DNA of 29,166 nt. It comes from a virus. Lineage: Duplodnaviria > Caudoviricetes. Shown in pieces: positions 15,440 through 24,232 of the stretch. The position numbers and the translations under genes were made by a program. Position 1 is the stretch's first letter. Every line of letters starts with the position of its first letter. The notes below the pieces were generated by a model that saw only the letters and a program-made list of their open reading frames with translations, was not told the DNA's origin and did not search any database. The stretch covers positions 1 to 29,166 of the IMG/VR virus record IMGVR_UViG_3300008255_000373. The stretch is one strand, 5' to 3'.

Positions 15440-17695
15440 ATGGCCACGACTCTCGACACCCTAACGGTACCAATCACGGGCTCGGTCGCGGGGCTCCAGA
15501 CCGCGTTCGCACAGGCGGGGAAGCTCACCCAGAACTTCGCCGCTGGCGTAGGGACGAAGCTCAACGCGGCACGGAACGGAGTCAACGCACTAGGTGGAGC
15601 GTTCCTCAAGCTCGCCGCCCCGGTCGCCGCTGCTGCGTCCGCGTTCATGTCGGTGAAGACGGTTCTGGACTCGATCAATCGGGCGGACGGGCTCGCCAAG
15701 ACGTCCTCCGAACTCGGCGTCACGGTCCAGGCTCTCCAGAAGCTCCACGTTGCCGCTTCGATGAACGCGAGCAACGCGGAGGATATGAACAACGCTCTCC
15801 GTATGATGACCCGAGTTCTCGGTGAAGCCTACGAGGAAGGGAGCGAGGCGGAGAAGGCTTTGAAGGAGTTGGGCTTCACGCTCAGCGACTTCGCGGGCTT
15901 GAGCAGCGACCAGGCTATGATGAAGTTCGCGGACGCTCTCAACAGCATCGAGGAGTCGGGCAAGCGGGCGGATCTGGCCAACCAGATCTTCGGACGCGGG
16001 GCGAAGAACATCGCTGGCGTCATCGCGGCGGGAAGCGCGGGCATACGCGAGATGGGCGACGAGGCGGAGAAGACGGGGAAGGTTCTGAGCAAGATGGAGT
16101 TTGGAAAGCTCCTCGCCGCCAATGACGCCCTCGACAAGCTCGGTGCCGCGCTCCAAGCCCTCGGAGATCGGCTCGCGGTCGCGTTCGGTCCGGTCATCGA
16201 CTGGCTTGGGACGGCGATCAACGATTGGATCGGAGACGTCCGTGGCGCGGACGAGACGTTCAACGGCTTCGCTCGCGGAGTCGTCAAGGCAATCGGCGTG
16301 ATCCGCCTCGCCTGGGACGGACTTCAGCTCATGTGGGCGGCGGGGAAGGTCGCGGTCGGAGCCCTCGCGGTCGGCGTCAACGAGTTCGCCAACGCGGCGG
16401 TCAAAGCCTTCAAGTGGGTGAGCGATCTCGCGGGGAAGACGTGGGACTTCATATCCGCGTCCTTCAAGGTGAACGCGGACGCTATAGCGGTCGGCTGGGA
16501 GTGGGTCAAGAGCAAGGCGGTGATCGCCTTCGCGACGATTGGAGAAGCCTTCGCCAAGACGATCATCGCCATGGGCCAGACCGCTCGCGAGAGCGGCATC
16601 AAGGGGCTCTCGGACATTGGTTGGCAGGCGGAGGTCGCTGGTGCTGATCTCCTCGTCGGGGCGATGAAGCTACGCCAGGGGGCGGAGGCTGGCGTCAAGG
16701 CGGCGAAGGACGATCTGGATCAGAGCGTCCAGAACCTCGAAGCGGCGAAGGAGGCTTTCAGCAAGCCCGCCGATCTCACCACCGGACTCGAAGGGGCGGT
16801 TGAGCGGTCCCATCAGTTCTTCCAAGAGGTCAAGTCCGAGTTCAAGGATCTCGCGCAGTCGATGGCCGACCAGGAGGGCGGCAACGCCTACGATAACACG
16901 CTCATCAGCTTCGACCGCAGCTTGGAGAAGTCAACCGCCAAGGCTATCGAACTCGGAGAGCAGTACGCCCAGAGCCGGGAGACGGTCGCGAAGAGGCTTG
17001 AGAGTGCGGAGGAACTCGCCAACCAGCGTTCGCTCGACCGTCGCGCAGCGTACTACGAGGAGCTTGCGAAGCGTACCCAGGAGGCGGAGGAGACGCTCAC
17101 GCTTCTTCAGGAGAGCGAGCAAGAGAGGCGCCAAGCCCTCCTCGCGGAGTCGGCGGTTGCGTACGAGGAGCAGAACTTCAAGGAACGCATGCAGTGGGCG
17201 GAGATGTGGCAGAGCGGAATGGAGGGAAAGCTCCAGATTATGTCCGGGCTTCTCTCCGGGTTCGCCTCGCTCATGCAGTCGAAGAACAAGAGCATGTTCC
17301 AAGTCGGCAAAGCGGCGGCGATGGCGGAGACGGTCGTCAACACGTTCCTCTCCGCCCAGCTGGCGTACACCCGCGCCTTGGAGATCCCCGGCATTGGTCT
17401 CGCTCTCGCCCCCATCGCGGCGGCGAGCGCCATCGCGGGCGGGTTGATGCGCCTCCAGCAGATCTCCTCGACACAGTTCGGTTCCTCGACCGCCCCGGGA
17501 GCAGGCGGAGGCGGGGCGACTCCGGGCATGAGCGGTGCCGCGTCCGCGAAGGAGTCCGCCGCCGCGTCCTCGCAGTCGAACGTCAACGTCACCCTCTATG
17601 GCTCGACCTTCTCCGGTGAGCAGGTTCGCGGGCTCATCGCGGCGATCAACGATCAGACCGGGGACAACATGAGCCTGAAAGCGCAGGTGGGATAA
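15440..17695 (+). CDS. Tape measure protein (751 aa)
   Basis: Long Ala/Gly-rich helical ORF after the chaperones. True start is ATG 15440 (MATTLDTLTVPITG); the track's 72-aa N-terminal extension is the off-frame reading of gpT. Confidence 0.92.
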   Translation: MATTLDTLTVPITGSVAGLQTAFAQAGKLTQNFAAGVGTKLNAARNGVNALGGAFLKLAAPVAAAASAFMSVKTVLDSINRADGLAKTSSELGVTVQALQKLHVAASMNASNAEDMNNALRMMTRVLGEAYEEGSEAEKALKELGFTLSDFAGLSSDQAMMKFADALNSIEESGKRADLANQIFGRGAKNIAGVIAAGSAGIREMGDEAEKTGKVLSKMEFGKLLAANDALDKLGAALQALGDRLAVAFGPVIDWLGTAINDWIGDVRGADETFNGFARGVVKAIGVIRLAWDGLQLMWAAGKVAVGALAVGVNEFANAAVKAFKWVSDLAGKTWDFISASFKVNADAIAVGWEWVKSKAVIAFATIGEAFAKTIIAMGQTARESGIKGLSDIGWQAEVAGADLLVGAMKLRQGAEAGVKAAKDDLDQSVQNLEAAKEAFSKPADLTTGLEGAVERSHQFFQEVKSEFKDLAQSMADQEGGNAYDNTLISFDRSLEKSTAKAIELGEQYAQSRETVAKRLESAEELANQRSLDRRAAYYEELAKRTQEAEETLTLLQESEQERRQALLAESAVAYEEQNFKERMQWAEMWQSGMEGKLQIMSGLLSGFASLMQSKNKSMFQVGKAAAMAETVVNTFLSAQLAYTRALEIPGIGLALAPIAAASAIAGGLMRLQQISSTQFGSSTAPGAGGGGATPGMSGAASAKESAAASSQSNVNVTLYGSTFSGEQVRGLIAAINDQTGDNMSLKAQVG

Positions 17696-18471
17696 TGGCC
17701 CAGATGGTCCTCCCCCAAGTCCTCTACGATTCCGCGCTCCACCGTTTCAAGGCGAGCCTTTCCTATGATGGGACCCTCGTGGAAGGCTTCGACCCGGAGA
17801 ACGCGGTTGACTGGCGGGACTTCTCGTTGTTCCGGGCGGATACGGGAACGACCCATCTCAAGGTTCAGACCACCGCCGCGATCAACCTGGATTCGTTCGT
17901 CTTCTGGCTCACGGCTCTCCCCGCGTCCGTCACCCTCTACGTCGAGACGAGCCCCGACGATGCGGTGTGGACCACGCGGGCGACCGTCGCGGTGACCTCC
18001 CTCCTCCAGTGGGCTGACTTCACCTCTGTCGCGGTCGCGAGCGGAGACTACATCCGCGTGCGGATCGCGAACGGGAGCGGCGGAGCAATCGACTTCCGCC
18101 AGATCAGCGTAGGTCTCAAGCTCCAGTTCCCGGTCGGACAGTGGAACGGCATCGCCCCTCCGACCCTCTACAGCGGCGTGGTCGTAGAGAACGTCACCGC
18201 CGTGAACGGGTCGATCATCGGGCGGAACGTCCGCCGCCTTGAGAAGTCGGGGAAGCTCGACATCAACCTACTCGATCCAACCTGGATCCGGACGTACTAC
18301 GACCCCTTCCAGCGTCACGCGGGTCGGTTCGCGTTCTGGTACCGTTGGCACCCCGTAGGCTATCCGACTGAGGTGGCCTTCGCCGCCGCGAACGACATCG
18401 TGGCTCCGACCAACGACCGCCCAGGCCCCAAGATGAAGATCGAGATGCCGATGAGGTTGCTGACCGCATGA
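17695..18471 (+). CDS. Distal tail-like / tail tip protein
   Basis: TAATG-coupled to the tape measure gene; beta-rich, possibly with a discoidin-like N-terminal half. Assigned by position. Confidence 0.6.
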   Translation: MAQMVLPQVLYDSALHRFKASLSYDGTLVEGFDPENAVDWRDFSLFRADTGTTHLKVQTTAAINLDSFVFWLTALPASVTLYVETSPDDAVWTTRATVAVTSLLQWADFTSVAVASGDYIRVRIANGSGGAIDFRQISVGLKLQFPVGQWNGIAPPTLYSGVVVENVTAVNGSIIGRNVRRLEKSGKLDINLLDPTWIRTYYDPFQRHAGRFAFWYRWHPVGYPTEVAFAAANDIVAPTNDRPGPKMKIEMPMRLLTA

Positions 18472-20327
18472 CCTACGAAGCGCAAGCCCAGGAGAGCGGG
18501 AAGACGGCGGTTCAGATCGTCGAGCTTTACATGTCGCGTTGCTCGCGCTCCTACGGGGTTGCGCCGTGCACCGCCGCTATCGGCGTGACGGGAACGGATC
18601 GTTGCTTCAACACGACCGCGACGTGCCAGGACCGCCCCAACCTCGACCTCGCACCATACGTCTATCGGTTCGCCTCGCAGCGGGTAGAAGGGCTCCAAGC
18701 TCCCGGTGACCCGCCGATCTTTCCCACGCTCCTCTCGGTCAAGACGGCTCCGACGATCCTCACGCCCGGGAAGGGCTTGGGCGTCCGCGCTTCCCTCTCC
18801 GTGACGATTCAGGATCACCCGTGGACGGACGTAGGCTGCGACCCCTATCGGACGCTGCGAAGCTACGACCCGGACGGAAGAGGAACCTTCTGGGGGAAGT
18901 GGCTCAACCGCAACCGCTTCTACGAGAACCGTCGCATTGACGTCCTCACGGGGTTCATGAACGATGATGGGACCTATGACGCGGCAAACTTCAATCGGCG
19001 GTCCTACATCATTACCAAGATCAGCGGTCCGAGTTCGACTGGACAGGTCAGCATCGAGGCGAAGGATCCGCTGAAGCTCGCGGACGGGGAGAAGGCGAAG
19101 TGGCCACGCGCCTCGCTCGCGAGCCTGACGGCGAACATCAACGAACTCGTCACGAGCGTTGCTATCACCGACCCGAACCTTGATCTCACGGAGTGGTGGA
19201 ACGCGGGCCAACGCTACCTCCGCTGCGAAGAGGAGATCATGCTGGCCACGGGAGCTTCGGGGATCGGGACGAGCAGCGTGACGCTTACCGTGACCCGGGG
19301 TTCGATGCCCTCCTGGTACGACTTCTCGCAGAACGTCGCGGAGGCGCACGACCTGGAGGCGAGCGTTCAGCCGTGCTGGCTCTTCGATGACGAGATGGTC
19401 TATGATATTGTGTACTTCCTTCTCAACTACGTCGCTGGGATCGACTCATCAAATCTCCCGCTGGCCGAGTGGATCACCGAGATCGACAACGGGTTCCAGT
19501 ACCTCTCCTTCAGTACGCTTCTCACGGAGCCCGTCGAGGTCAAGAAGCTCCTTGAAGAGATCAGCCAGTTGTCGGTGATGATGTTCTGGCACGAACGGGA
19601 CCAGGAGGTCAAGCTCAAGGGGCTTCGCTTCCAGCAGCTGATCGGACCGCAGATCAACGATGACCAGTCCATCGTCGCGGAGTCGGTCGGCGTGAGCGAG
19701 GATTCCGCCGCGCTCATTACCCAGTCGTGGATCTACTACGACATGACGTGGCCGCTCGCGATCATGAGCGAGCTTCGCTCCTATCGCAACGTGGACATCC
19801 GGGCGAACCTCGACCGCGAGACGGTCGAGGAGTACCAACGCCCCGCCATTCGCCAGACGATGTCCCGCTGGCTCAACCGCTCGCAGACAGGCGTGGCGGT
19901 TGAGATCGGCACTACGATCCTCCGCCAGTACCAGGACGTGCGCAAGATCATTTCGTTTGCGATGGACCCGAAGGATGACGCCTATTGGGTCGGTGATACG
20001 GTCGGCATCGCGACGAAGTACATCCAAGACGAGAGCGGAGCGCCAGCGGCGAAGAACTATCTCATCACGCAGGTCGAGGAGGTAATTGGAGACAACGGGT
20101 TGCTCCTCCGCTACGTCGCCACGGAGTTGTTCGCCTTCGTCCGGACGGGCTTGATCACGCATCCTTCGGATCCGGGCGGTCCGGTCGATCCGGTCCCCGC
20201 GCCTCCGGACTATTCGCTGGCTTCCGCGACCGAGAAGAACAAGTGGGCTTTCGCCTGCTACAACGTACCTCCCGAACCCAATGGACCTTTGTTCCTCGAC
20301 GGAACACGGGCGTACCAGATCGTGTAA
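18468..20327 (+). CDS. Tail tip hub / central tail protein with N-terminal four-Cys cluster
   Basis: 619 aa, second gene after the tape measure gene. C-x8-C-x11-C-x6-C, GLGVRA, GTFWGKW..RN, IEAKDPLKLAD motifs. Confidence 0.7.
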   Translation: MTYEAQAQESGKTAVQIVELYMSRCSRSYGVAPCTAAIGVTGTDRCFNTTATCQDRPNLDLAPYVYRFASQRVEGLQAPGDPPIFPTLLSVKTAPTILTPGKGLGVRASLSVTIQDHPWTDVGCDPYRTLRSYDPDGRGTFWGKWLNRNRFYENRRIDVLTGFMNDDGTYDAANFNRRSYIITKISGPSSTGQVSIEAKDPLKLADGEKAKWPRASLASLTANINELVTSVAITDPNLDLTEWWNAGQRYLRCEEEIMLATGASGIGTSSVTLTVTRGSMPSWYDFSQNVAEAHDLEASVQPCWLFDDEMVYDIVYFLLNYVAGIDSSNLPLAEWITEIDNGFQYLSFSTLLTEPVEVKKLLEEISQLSVMMFWHERDQEVKLKGLRFQQLIGPQINDDQSIVAESVGVSEDSAALITQSWIYYDMTWPLAIMSELRSYRNVDIRANLDRETVEEYQRPAIRQTMSRWLNRSQTGVAVEIGTTILRQYQDVRKIISFAMDPKDDAYWVGDTVGIATKYIQDESGAPAAKNYLITQVEEVIGDNGLLLRYVATELFAFVRTGLITHPSDPGGPVDPVPAPPDYSLASATEKNKWAFACYNVPPEPNGPLFLDGTRAYQIV

Positions 20328-20336
20328 GGAACTATC

Positions 20337-21014
20337 ATGCCCGTCCCTTCCTATAATCTGATTGCTGATTCGGAGATCGACCCCGAGAGCCCGATCACTT
20401 CCAGTCTCATGTTCCGCCTGCGCGACAACTGGATGTCGGTGTTCGGGATTGACACGACAGATCCTGCCCCGGCTCCCGCGCTCCCACCGTCTTTCCAGAC
20501 TATGCAATATGAGTACGATTGGTTTGCTTCTGGATCCGGCAACGGGACTTTCACCGCGTCTGAGTATATCGTTTCAACCATCGCATCAACCGCCATAGAG
20601 GATATTCAGATCACCGGAGGTCGATGGAGCCAAACTACCATCGTTGATACCTCGCCTAATCCGGTCGGACCCGGAGGACATTTCCGCATAGTATCTTACA
20701 CGGCTGGACCGGAGTACAATGCAGGCGCTGGACATTCCGTTTGCGGTATTCACGTTGTATATTCTTCGGGTAATCCGACGAGCGTGCGCGTAGCAACGAC
20801 CGCTGGATCTGCTAATATCACTTTGGCGAACACGTGGCAAGCCGTCGCGTCTTTCTCGACTGGCGGGACAACCTACGCAATACAAGCGAAGGCCAGAGCG
20901 ACCGCCAGCGAAGTCTATCTACAGTTCAGAATGGTTATCAGCGGGTCAAACTCGGTCACAAGTTTATCCATTCCAGGTTGTCTCAAGAAGTACGTCCCAA
21001 AGGCTGCGGTATGA
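20337..21014 (+). CDS. Putative receptor-binding/tail tip protein with lower-GC C-terminal domain
   Basis: TAAGGA SD. N-terminal anchor-like IADSEIDPESPITSSLMFRLRDN, a Pro-rich hinge, then a Ser/Thr/Gly beta-rich domain at about 48-55% GC by spot counts. Confidence 0.6.
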   Translation: MPVPSYNLIADSEIDPESPITSSLMFRLRDNWMSVFGIDTTDPAPAPALPPSFQTMQYEYDWFASGSGNGTFTASEYIVSTIASTAIEDIQITGGRWSQTTIVDTSPNPVGPGGHFRIVSYTAGPEYNAGAGHSVCGIHVVYSSGNPTSVRVATTAGSANITLANTWQAVASFSTGGTTYAIQAKARATASEVYLQFRMVISGSNSVTSLSIPGCLKKYVPKAAV

Positions 21015-21361
21015 GCCCCGATCTCCTGAACCTTCTCCAGACGTTCGGCTTCCCGGTCGCTCTCGCAGCTGCGCTGGTGTATTGGTGGCGACGGGATTAC
21101 AGCGACCTAGTCAAGCGCGTGCGTCAGGTCGAGGAGTCGCGGGCGGCGGAGCTTCGCTCCTACGCGAACTCCTACAAGGTTCTTGCCGAGCAAGTCACGG
21201 AGGCGTTGGAACAGAACAACCGCGTCACCCGTCAACTCCTTCACGCTCTCGGAGAGAAGACGTGGGAGCGACCGACCGACCGTCATACCACGCCACGACC
21301 CCACGCGGCGATCCGCACGCCGCTCCCGTTCGCGGTCGATCCCAAACCCAAACAAGCCTGA
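21011..21361 (+). CDS. Putative holin-like single-TM protein with coiled coil
   Basis: ATGA overlap at 21011. LLQTFGFPVALAAALVYWW hydrophobic segment followed by a heptad-like helix; located after the tail genes. Confidence 0.55.
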   Translation: MSPDLLNLLQTFGFPVALAAALVYWWRRDYSDLVKRVRQVEESRAAELRSYANSYKVLAEQVTEALEQNNRVTRQLLHALGEKTWERPTDRHTTPRPHAAIRTPLPFAVDPKPKQA

Positions 21362-21372
21362 GGAGCCCCGCC

Positions 21373-21624
21373 ATGAGACCTCATTTCGTCCTCCTGGTGA
21401 GCGGATTGGCGGGGCTCCTCTTTATCTCCGGATGCTCGGAGCGTCGAGACGCCGCAGTGGCGAACTCCGCCGCGAGTATCTACGAGGCGGCGAAGGCGAT
21501 TGACGAGGGCGTTGACCCGCGTCTCGTCACGCCCTCGATCCGCGCTCAAGCCTTCGCGATCATCCTCGCGATGGAACACGCCTACGCTCCCGCCGAACGG
21601 GAGTTCAACAAGGAGGTCCCATGA
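21373..21624 (+). CDS. Predicted lipoprotein (possible spanin component)
   Basis: GAGGAG SD. MRPHFVLLVSGLAGLLFISG|C signal peptide II with lipobox. Confidence 0.65.
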   Translation: MRPHFVLLVSGLAGLLFISGCSERRDAAVANSAASIYEAAKAIDEGVDPRLVTPSIRAQAFAIILAMEHAYAPAEREFNKEVP

Positions 21625-22118
21625 AACGCATACACATTATCTTTCTGCTACTTCTTGGGACGGTACTTGTCCTGGCGGGAGGTGAAGCGGTTCCTGCCGC
21701 GACCGCCGCCGACTGGGCGACCAACCCGACCGTCGCAGCGGACTCGAACGCCAAAGGAGCGGCGGAGACGGTCGCCAGCATATCGACCGCTGGATGGCTC
21801 GCCTGGCTCGCGGGGTTCGGCGGACTCGTGATCGCTCTCGGGAAGTTCATCCCCGGGGTCGGCGGAGTCGTGGCCAACATCGCGGGTCCGATCTACGACA
21901 TGGTGGTGACCAAGAAGGTCCGTGACGCGGAGTCGAAGCAAGCCGAACTCGCCAAGGGCTTCATGACGGTCGTGGCCGTCATCGACAAGCTCCCGAAGGA
22001 CGGGACGATTGGAGACTTGAAGGCGAAGCTCGGAGCCCGTCTCCCGACCGTCGCCCGAGACGCGGTCAACGAGTGGATAGCGGATCAGGAGGCGGCGAAG
22101 ACGCCCGCCACTTCGTAG
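21621..22118 (+). CDS. Membrane protein with N-terminal signal/TM segment and internal TM segment
   Basis: AAGGAGG SD and ATGA overlap. Hydrophobic segments MKRIHIIFLLLLGTVLVLAG and WLAWLAGFGGLVIALG. Last + strand gene. Confidence 0.7.
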   Translation: MKRIHIIFLLLLGTVLVLAGGEAVPAATAADWATNPTVAADSNAKGAAETVASISTAGWLAWLAGFGGLVIALGKFIPGVGGVVANIAGPIYDMVVTKKVRDAESKQAELAKGFMTVVAVIDKLPKDGTIGDLKAKLGARLPTVARDAVNEWIADQEAAKTPATS

Positions 22119-22383
22119 TCGCTCCGACTTCGACCGCAACGGCAGAGCCCTCCCGTTCTAGGACGCGGAGGGCTCGGCACATCTCGAAGGTCGAGACGCC
22201 TACGAAGGTCGCAAGCTCGCAGGCTCGGCTCGGACCCGCCGCCCGGAGGAGGAAGAGAGCCCGCCGCCCTAGCTCCTCCGTCGCGAGCGGCACCACCACC
22301 CCGCGAGGATCTCGGGCGACCCCTTCCCGCGACCCCTCGGCGGGAGATCCTTCGTCCTCGGGCTTCCTAGAGGCGGGAATCAT
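22066..22383 (-). CDS. Putative winged-helix DNA-binding protein
   Basis: ALFLLRAAGPSRACELATFVGVSTFEMCRALRVLEREG..VAV....KWR wHTH pattern. 3' end overlaps the convergent gene; start uncertain. Confidence 0.55.
   Translation of the reverse strand: MIPASRKPEDEGSPAEGSREGVARDPRGVVVPLATEELGRRALFLLRAAGPSRACELATFVGVSTFEMCRALRVLEREGSAVAVEVGATTKWRASSPPPDPLSTR
22145..22175. terminator. Hairpin at the convergence of the late and early units
   Basis: GAGCCCTCC (22145-22153) / GGAGGGCTC (22167-22175) with additional inner pairing. No U tract, and it lies within a putative - strand ORF. Confidence 0.35.
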
Positions 22384-22388
22384 AGGGC

Positions 22389-22565
22389 CTATTCGGACCT
22401 ATCTTCCGGGGCGAGGGCGACGAGGAGGACGCCCGGGAGGGCGAAGAAGGCGAGGAACACCACCGCCGTCAGCGGACGAAGGGCGATGTGGGCTCCCGCC
22501 CCGGCTCCGCCGAGGATCGCGAGGAGAAGCCCGAGGACGCGGAAGAAGATAGAGAAGAACCTCAC
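22389..22565 (-). CDS. Small two-TM membrane protein (58 aa)
   Basis: GTG 22565 in a GTGA overlap with the upstream stop, with a GGAGG SD; two hydrophobic segments. Confidence 0.6.
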   Translation of the reverse strand: MRFFSIFFRVLGLLLAILGGAGAGAHIALRPLTAVVFLAFFALPGVLLVALAPEDRSE

Positions 22566-22711
22566 CGGACGTCCCTCCACGTCACTCGGTTCGCTATGTA
22601 GCTGATGTTGCTCTGGCACGTCCGGAAGGCTAGGGCGAGAGCCCATTGGGGGAAGCGGTCTGCGAGACGGCGGATCTTCCGGACGGTCGAGGGGTTCTGG
22701 TTCGTTCTCAT
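22562..22711 (-). CDS. Small HTH protein (49 aa)
   Basis: ATGA overlap at 22708-22711 and GAGGAG SD. VRKIRRL...QWALALAFRTCQSNISYIANRVTW resembles the HTH found at the C-terminus of phage HNH endonucleases. Confidence 0.6.
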   Translation of the reverse strand: MRTNQNPSTVRKIRRLADRFPQWALALAFRTCQSNISYIANRVTWRDVR

Positions 22712-23160
22712 TGGCGTCTCCTCTTCGTTGCGAGGTAGTGGCTCATGATCACAGCGTACTCTCGTCGCGAGTTGACGAGGGTTGGAGGCTCGCCCTTCCG
22801 GACGATCAGCAGACGGTCGTTCGCTCCGAGGTACGGGGCGGAGATCGCCACCCAGCGGGCGAAGGACCGCGAGCACGCGTGATCGGGGAAGACTTCGGAG
22901 AGGGCGTTGACGACATCGTAGCAGAGGCTCCACTGGGCTCGGCTCACGATCATGCGCCGCGTCAGCGGGTGATGCGGGTGCGCGAGTCGGTAGGGCTCGC
23001 CGTCCTTCTTCCGCATCGCGGTCGATCCCGTCCGTATGATCTCAACGGAGGCGAGGAGTTGGACGCCTTCGAGGAGTTGCTTGCGGGCTCGGATCGGGTC
23101 GAGGATCGCGAAGTCAATTGCGGACCGTCGCGGATCCTCGTTGATGAGGAATATGTTCAC
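22708..23160 (-). CDS. Pyrimidine-dimer DNA glycosylase / endonuclease V-like family protein
   Basis: GTG 23160 (GTGA overlap, GGAGG SD). MNIFLINEDPRRSA...KQLLEGVQLL...YRLAHPHHP matches the MNIF.L..DP...KM..E..Q.L...H.NHP family pattern. Confidence 0.7.
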   Translation of the reverse strand: MNIFLINEDPRRSAIDFAILDPIRARKQLLEGVQLLASVEIIRTGSTAMRKKDGEPYRLAHPHHPLTRRMIVSRAQWSLCYDVVNALSEVFPDHACSRSFARWVAISAPYLGANDRLLIVRKGEPPTLVNSRREYAVIMSHYLATKRRRQ

Positions 23161-23369
23161 CCGACCCTCCAGCCTTCGCGCTTGAGGTTCTTGATGAGCG
23201 TATTGGCGGCGGTCCGGGTCATCGAGTTGAACCCGCCGTCCTCCCATTCGTCGCGGTGGAGATCGTCGCGGGCGAGACGGACCACGACCGCCTTGCCGCT
23301 CTCGTAGAAGCGGAAGAGGCGGGCGGAGGACTCGTCCGGGGAGATGAGACGGACGTTGGCGCGGATCAT
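23157..23369 (-). CDS. Hypothetical protein (70 aa)
   Basis: ATGA/GTGA overlaps on both sides. Confidence 0.6.
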   Translation of the reverse strand: MIRANVRLISPDESSARLFRFYESGKAVVVRLARDDLHRDEWEDGGFNSMTRTAANTLIKNLKREGWRVG

Positions 23370-23878
23370 GACTTGTACTCCGGACGGTAGCACAGCGGGA
23401 GCTTCGGGAGGAGTTCGGACAGTTCGCGTCCGAAGAAGGAGTTGATGCCCGGGGTGAAGAAAGTCGGCTTGCGGTCCGGGTCGTTCCGATAGTGAACGAT
23501 GAACTTCCCCTCGGCGGGCTCCTCGATCTTCCAGACCTTCCCGCTGAGGATCTCTTCGAGGATCGCGATGGCGGACGCGGAGAGGTTCGTGTGCTCTCGG
23601 TACTCGGGGAGCTTGACCACGTCGAGGATACGGGCGACCGTGTTAGCCTCGATCCCGCTCTTGATCTGCTTCGAGAGGTAGCCAATGACCGCAACCGGAT
23701 TCTCGCCGCGTGCGAGGTCGATGTAGGCGTGGCGGGCTTGGATGAGAGGTTCCTTGTAGGCGTCCGCCTTGTACTGGTATTCGAGGGAGTAGTGTTGCGG
23801 GTTCGCGGAGAGGGCGAGCGACTTGCCGAGGGGTTCGAGGAGGGCGAGAGCGCGGAGCGAGCGGGCGGAGAGGGTCAT
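23366..23878 (-). CDS. Hypothetical protein (170 aa)
   Basis: AAGGA SD; codon usage matches the neighbouring genes; coupled to the downstream gene. Confidence 0.7.
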   Translation of the reverse strand: MTLSARSLRALALLEPLGKSLALSANPQHYSLEYQYKADAYKEPLIQARHAYIDLARGENPVAVIGYLSKQIKSGIEANTVARILDVVKLPEYREHTNLSASAIAILEEILSGKVWKIEEPAEGKFIVHYRNDPDRKPTFFTPGINSFFGRELSELLPKLPLCYRPEYKS

Positions 23879-23889
23879 GGCGCGTTCCT

Positions 23890-24207
23890 TCAGCGGAGGG
23901 CGTTGATGGCGTTCGAGGCGTCGATGAGGGCTCGGGCTCGCACCGCGTCCTCGAACCGCTTGATCATATCCTCCATCATCCCGGTCGCCATGATCTCCTT
24001 CGTTTGGCTCGACCCGGACTCAGCGGGACCGCTCGCCGCGTCCGCGAGTCCGAGGATGGTGGCGAGGAGTTCGAGCCGGTCGGTGCGGCGGAGGTCGGTG
24101 CGCGCCTGGGCGGAGTTATGGAGGCACGCCTCGACGGTCGTGGTGACGGGGCGGCAGGTGTAGGCGGAGGTGAAGAGAGGTTCGCGGCGAGGGAGAGCGT
24201 TGCTCAT
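23890..24207 (-). CDS. Hypothetical protein (105 aa)
   Basis: GAAGGAACC SD before ATG 24207; the track's longer start overlaps the upstream gene. Confidence 0.65.
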   Translation of the reverse strand: MSNALPRREPLFTSAYTCRPVTTTVEACLHNSAQARTDLRRTDRLELLATILGLADAASGPAESGSSQTKEIMATGMMEDMIKRFEDAVRARALIDASNAINALR

Positions 24208-24232
24208 GGGAGGTTCCTTCGAGGTCGGAGGG

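Noticed and set aside
8571-21014. Diversity-generating retroelement acting on fibre/RBP genes
   Set aside because: No reverse transcriptase and no template/variable repeat pair differing at adenines were noticed.
1418-22118. Interpretation as a gene transfer agent cluster
   Set aside because: Despite GTA-like head, neck and spike genes, the region is flanked by its own primase, early genes and DNA-modification genes, and has a gpF and a long tape measure protein, as in a true phage.
23161-23694. N-terminal part of the track's 328-aa ORF 22708..23694
   Set aside because: It is a low-complexity shadow overlapping two real genes; the glycosylase-like protein starts at GTG 23160.
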